Assembly: GCA_001643675.2 (NCBI GenBank)
Contig: LSRY02000007.1
Location: forward strand, 62,001 to 126,000
Reading direction: 5' to 3'
DNA from: Monocercomonoides exilis PA203
Taxonomy: Eukaryota > Protista > Preaxostyla
Length of the DNA: 64,000 nucleotides
Shown here: piece after piece, positions 61,721-64,000 of the stretch
Numbering within the stretch: position 1 is the first letter of the stretch
Layout: each line of letters opens with the position of its first letter
Notes under the pieces: model-generated
What the model was told of the DNA's origin: nothing
What the model saw: the letters and a program-made list of their open reading frames with translations, nothing else
Databases searched by the model: none
Position numbers and translations under genes: made by a program

Positions 61721-62316
61721 TTGTGACATTTGCGTTGTTATTTTAATAGTTGGAGTTATTTTTTGTTGAAAACAGTTCTTTCACTCATTTTTATTCAAAT
61801 TTCAAATTATAAAAAAAAGAAACTTTATAAAAGCAATAGATTACTTCATTCTTTTGTTGTTATCTCGTGAAGGTCTTTCATTTTCCAAATTCTGCGTAAA
61901 TATTGTATCATAATTATTATTGTGTCTAATCATTCAACAATTAAAGACATTTCTTGAGAAAATAACTGCATAACTTTGTAATTATATTCAAAGAATTATT
62001 TTATGCACAGAAAAAGAAAGAAAAAGAGAAAAACATAAAGAAAAAATGAAGGAAAATATTCTATTTTAATTTAACATGAATATTCTTTCGAAATTAAACT
62101 AGTATTCCAATTAATTAACACTCACTTCAATAAGAAAAATATTTCTTTGAGATTTTAAACAATTTTTTACTCAAAAATATACGAAGTGAAAAATGATTTT
62201 TAAAAACAAAAATGACAAAATTTCATATTTTAATAAGTCACACATCTTGTCTGATGACGCGTTAAAAAGCAAAGTGCTGATTGAGTTATTTTTGTGACAA
62301 GCAATTGCCAAGAGCT

Positions 62317-63813
62317 TCATGAACTCAACTCACTTGTGCTTGAGCTCAACCTGTCTGTGGCTTCACCTTCTTCATTTTTATAATCTGCAGAAAGGCTGTC
62401 ATTTGAAGATGAAAGAGCATTGTCGTGGGATGCCGACAAATCTTGCTCTCCGCCATTCTCAGAACTTTCCTCTCCCCCATTGTCCTCCGCAACCACAACA
62501 GGCGGGGGCTTCCTGCAAGAGTATAAAAAGTGTGACTGCCTATTTTTAATAGCAGATTCCGCAGCCACCCACGGAGCTGAAATTGATTGCTGATCTTTTT
62601 CTGGCTGGGAAACGCCTTCGGATGATGAAAGAGTTGATGTTTCTGAAGTGGTTGGTGTTGGATCAAGAGACGAAGAGGTCAATGAAGATGTTGCTGGGTT
62701 TGCCTGAGATGGATCGGATGACTCCTGTTCCTGAGCAATCTGAGGAGGCCCGCTTAAGGCAGGACGGGGAAGCGTGGAAACCGACAGCGTCCATGTACTA
62801 AGTGTGTTTCATTGCAAATGTTTTTAAAAGCAAAAATGGATAGAAGTAAAATACGAAAGTCAATGTTATCAAATAAATAAAAATAAAAATATAAATATAA
62901 ATAAAAATTTAAATGAAAAAATTTTTAGCAATACAAAAATTTTTGTTTGAGTTAATTTTAATAATGTGTACAGTAAAATCATTGAATTTTTGTTGTCAAT
63001 AAAAAGATGAAAAGAAAATAAATTTTAATTTTTCATACAATTCCTCAATTTGATAAAAATGTGAATGAATTTCTGGTTCTCGAAAAGAAACTGAAATAAA
63101 TGTTCCATTCATTTTTAAAATTCTGAGAAATATATAAATATAAAATTGTGATTCAAAATGCCAAAGTTATAAAAAATAATTCAGAAGTAACATATACACC
63201 TGTGAACTTCAGACAAAAATTTCATTGCTCTTGATTTATCTAATTGTCCGCATATCAAACAATCTAGTGTTCCTTTTTCGATAACAGCATCATATGATTC
63301 ACTGTCAATTGTTGTCATGTCCGTTGCATCCATCACCTGAACTATAACAGAAATATTCAATATTGATTTATAAATCTAAAAGCAAACAAGATATTCCAGA
63401 GGTCTGCGCATGGCGCCTCTGCATCATCTCTATACACGGTTGTGACCAATCGATGCAATCAATTGATTCATATCCAGCTTCAATCATATCATCAGGAAGT
63501 ACTAAAAGATTGAAAAAATATATTTAAACATATTGAAATTCAAATTGATACAAATTTTAATTGAAAAAATAACAAAATGAAGCAAACATGAAGTTCCACA
63601 TCCAACGTATAGCACCCTTGCGTCTTGAGGGATAAGTTCCTTTATTATTTGCCCAATAGTATCGAATGATTGATAAAATTCAAATGCCCTCTTGTCCGTT
63701 GAATACCGTTCATTCCTTTGATTGACAAATAATAACAATTAATGAGTCCAAGTAAAAAACGAAATTTTTTGTATAATTACATACCAGAAATCCAAACGAC
63801 CAAATCGAGACAT
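62317..63813 (-). CDS. Class I SAM-dependent methyltransferase, EEF1AKMT4/METTL13 N-terminal-like, multi-exon; 3' part uncertain
   Basis: FGRLDFW|NERY...FEFYQSF, RVLYVGCGTS (motif I), IDCIDWS, VMDATDM, YDAVIEKGTLDCLICG, FLSEVHR. Confidence 0.78.
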
Positions 63814-64000
63814 GTCTATTTCGAATTTTGGGCATTAATAAACTGAAAGTTCGTTTTCAGCTTAATAAAATAAGTAGTTACTTCAAAAACACATTTTATT
63901 GTTTCCATCATCGAAATAAAATTCTCATAAACGAATACAATTTGGAGTATTGTGAAAGGTTTTTTTATTTTGAAGTTTTAGCATTAATCTCCAAATTTTT

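Noticed and set aside
54-63813. Alternative genetic code (TAA/TAG read as Gln, as in some oxymonads)
   Set aside because: Well-conserved genes end at TAA (CACYBP) and TAG (NUS1) exactly where homologues end, and long exons lack in-frame TAR codons.

Overview
AT-rich, gene-dense eukaryotic DNA read with the standard genetic code. It has short GT-AG introns and proteins bloated by poly-Ser/poly-Glu microsatellite tracts. This style, and the gene family at 42.5-43.9 kb, suggest an oxymonad such as Monocercomonoides (inference, not a database result). About 20 protein genes can be read, including a CLK/LAMMER kinase, an Afi1/MesA-type DENN-related protein, DAW1/ODA16, a divergent P-loop GTPase-like protein, an RBR E3 ligase, a RanBP2-ZnF protein, CacyBP/SIP, a PA28 proteasome activator, a stand-alone FERM protein, a large pseudokinase, a SPRY-like protein, a three-AT-hook HMGA-like protein, a CK2-alpha-like kinase, NUS1 and an EEF1AKMT4/METTL13-like methyltransferase. 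The most striking non-coding structure is a family of three ~1.0-kb giant palindromic (foldback) elements at 9948-10962, 37608-38614 and 39749-40738. Each has GGGTCAAC...GTTGACCC-type ends, mostly flanked by TA, and ~450-470 bp arms. The arms are essentially identical within a copy but clearly diverged between copies, and total length is nearly invariant. A short asymmetric core carries a conserved TGATC-N3-GATCA dyad at the symmetry axis and occurs in both orientations. No rRNA, tRNA or CRISPR array was recognised.
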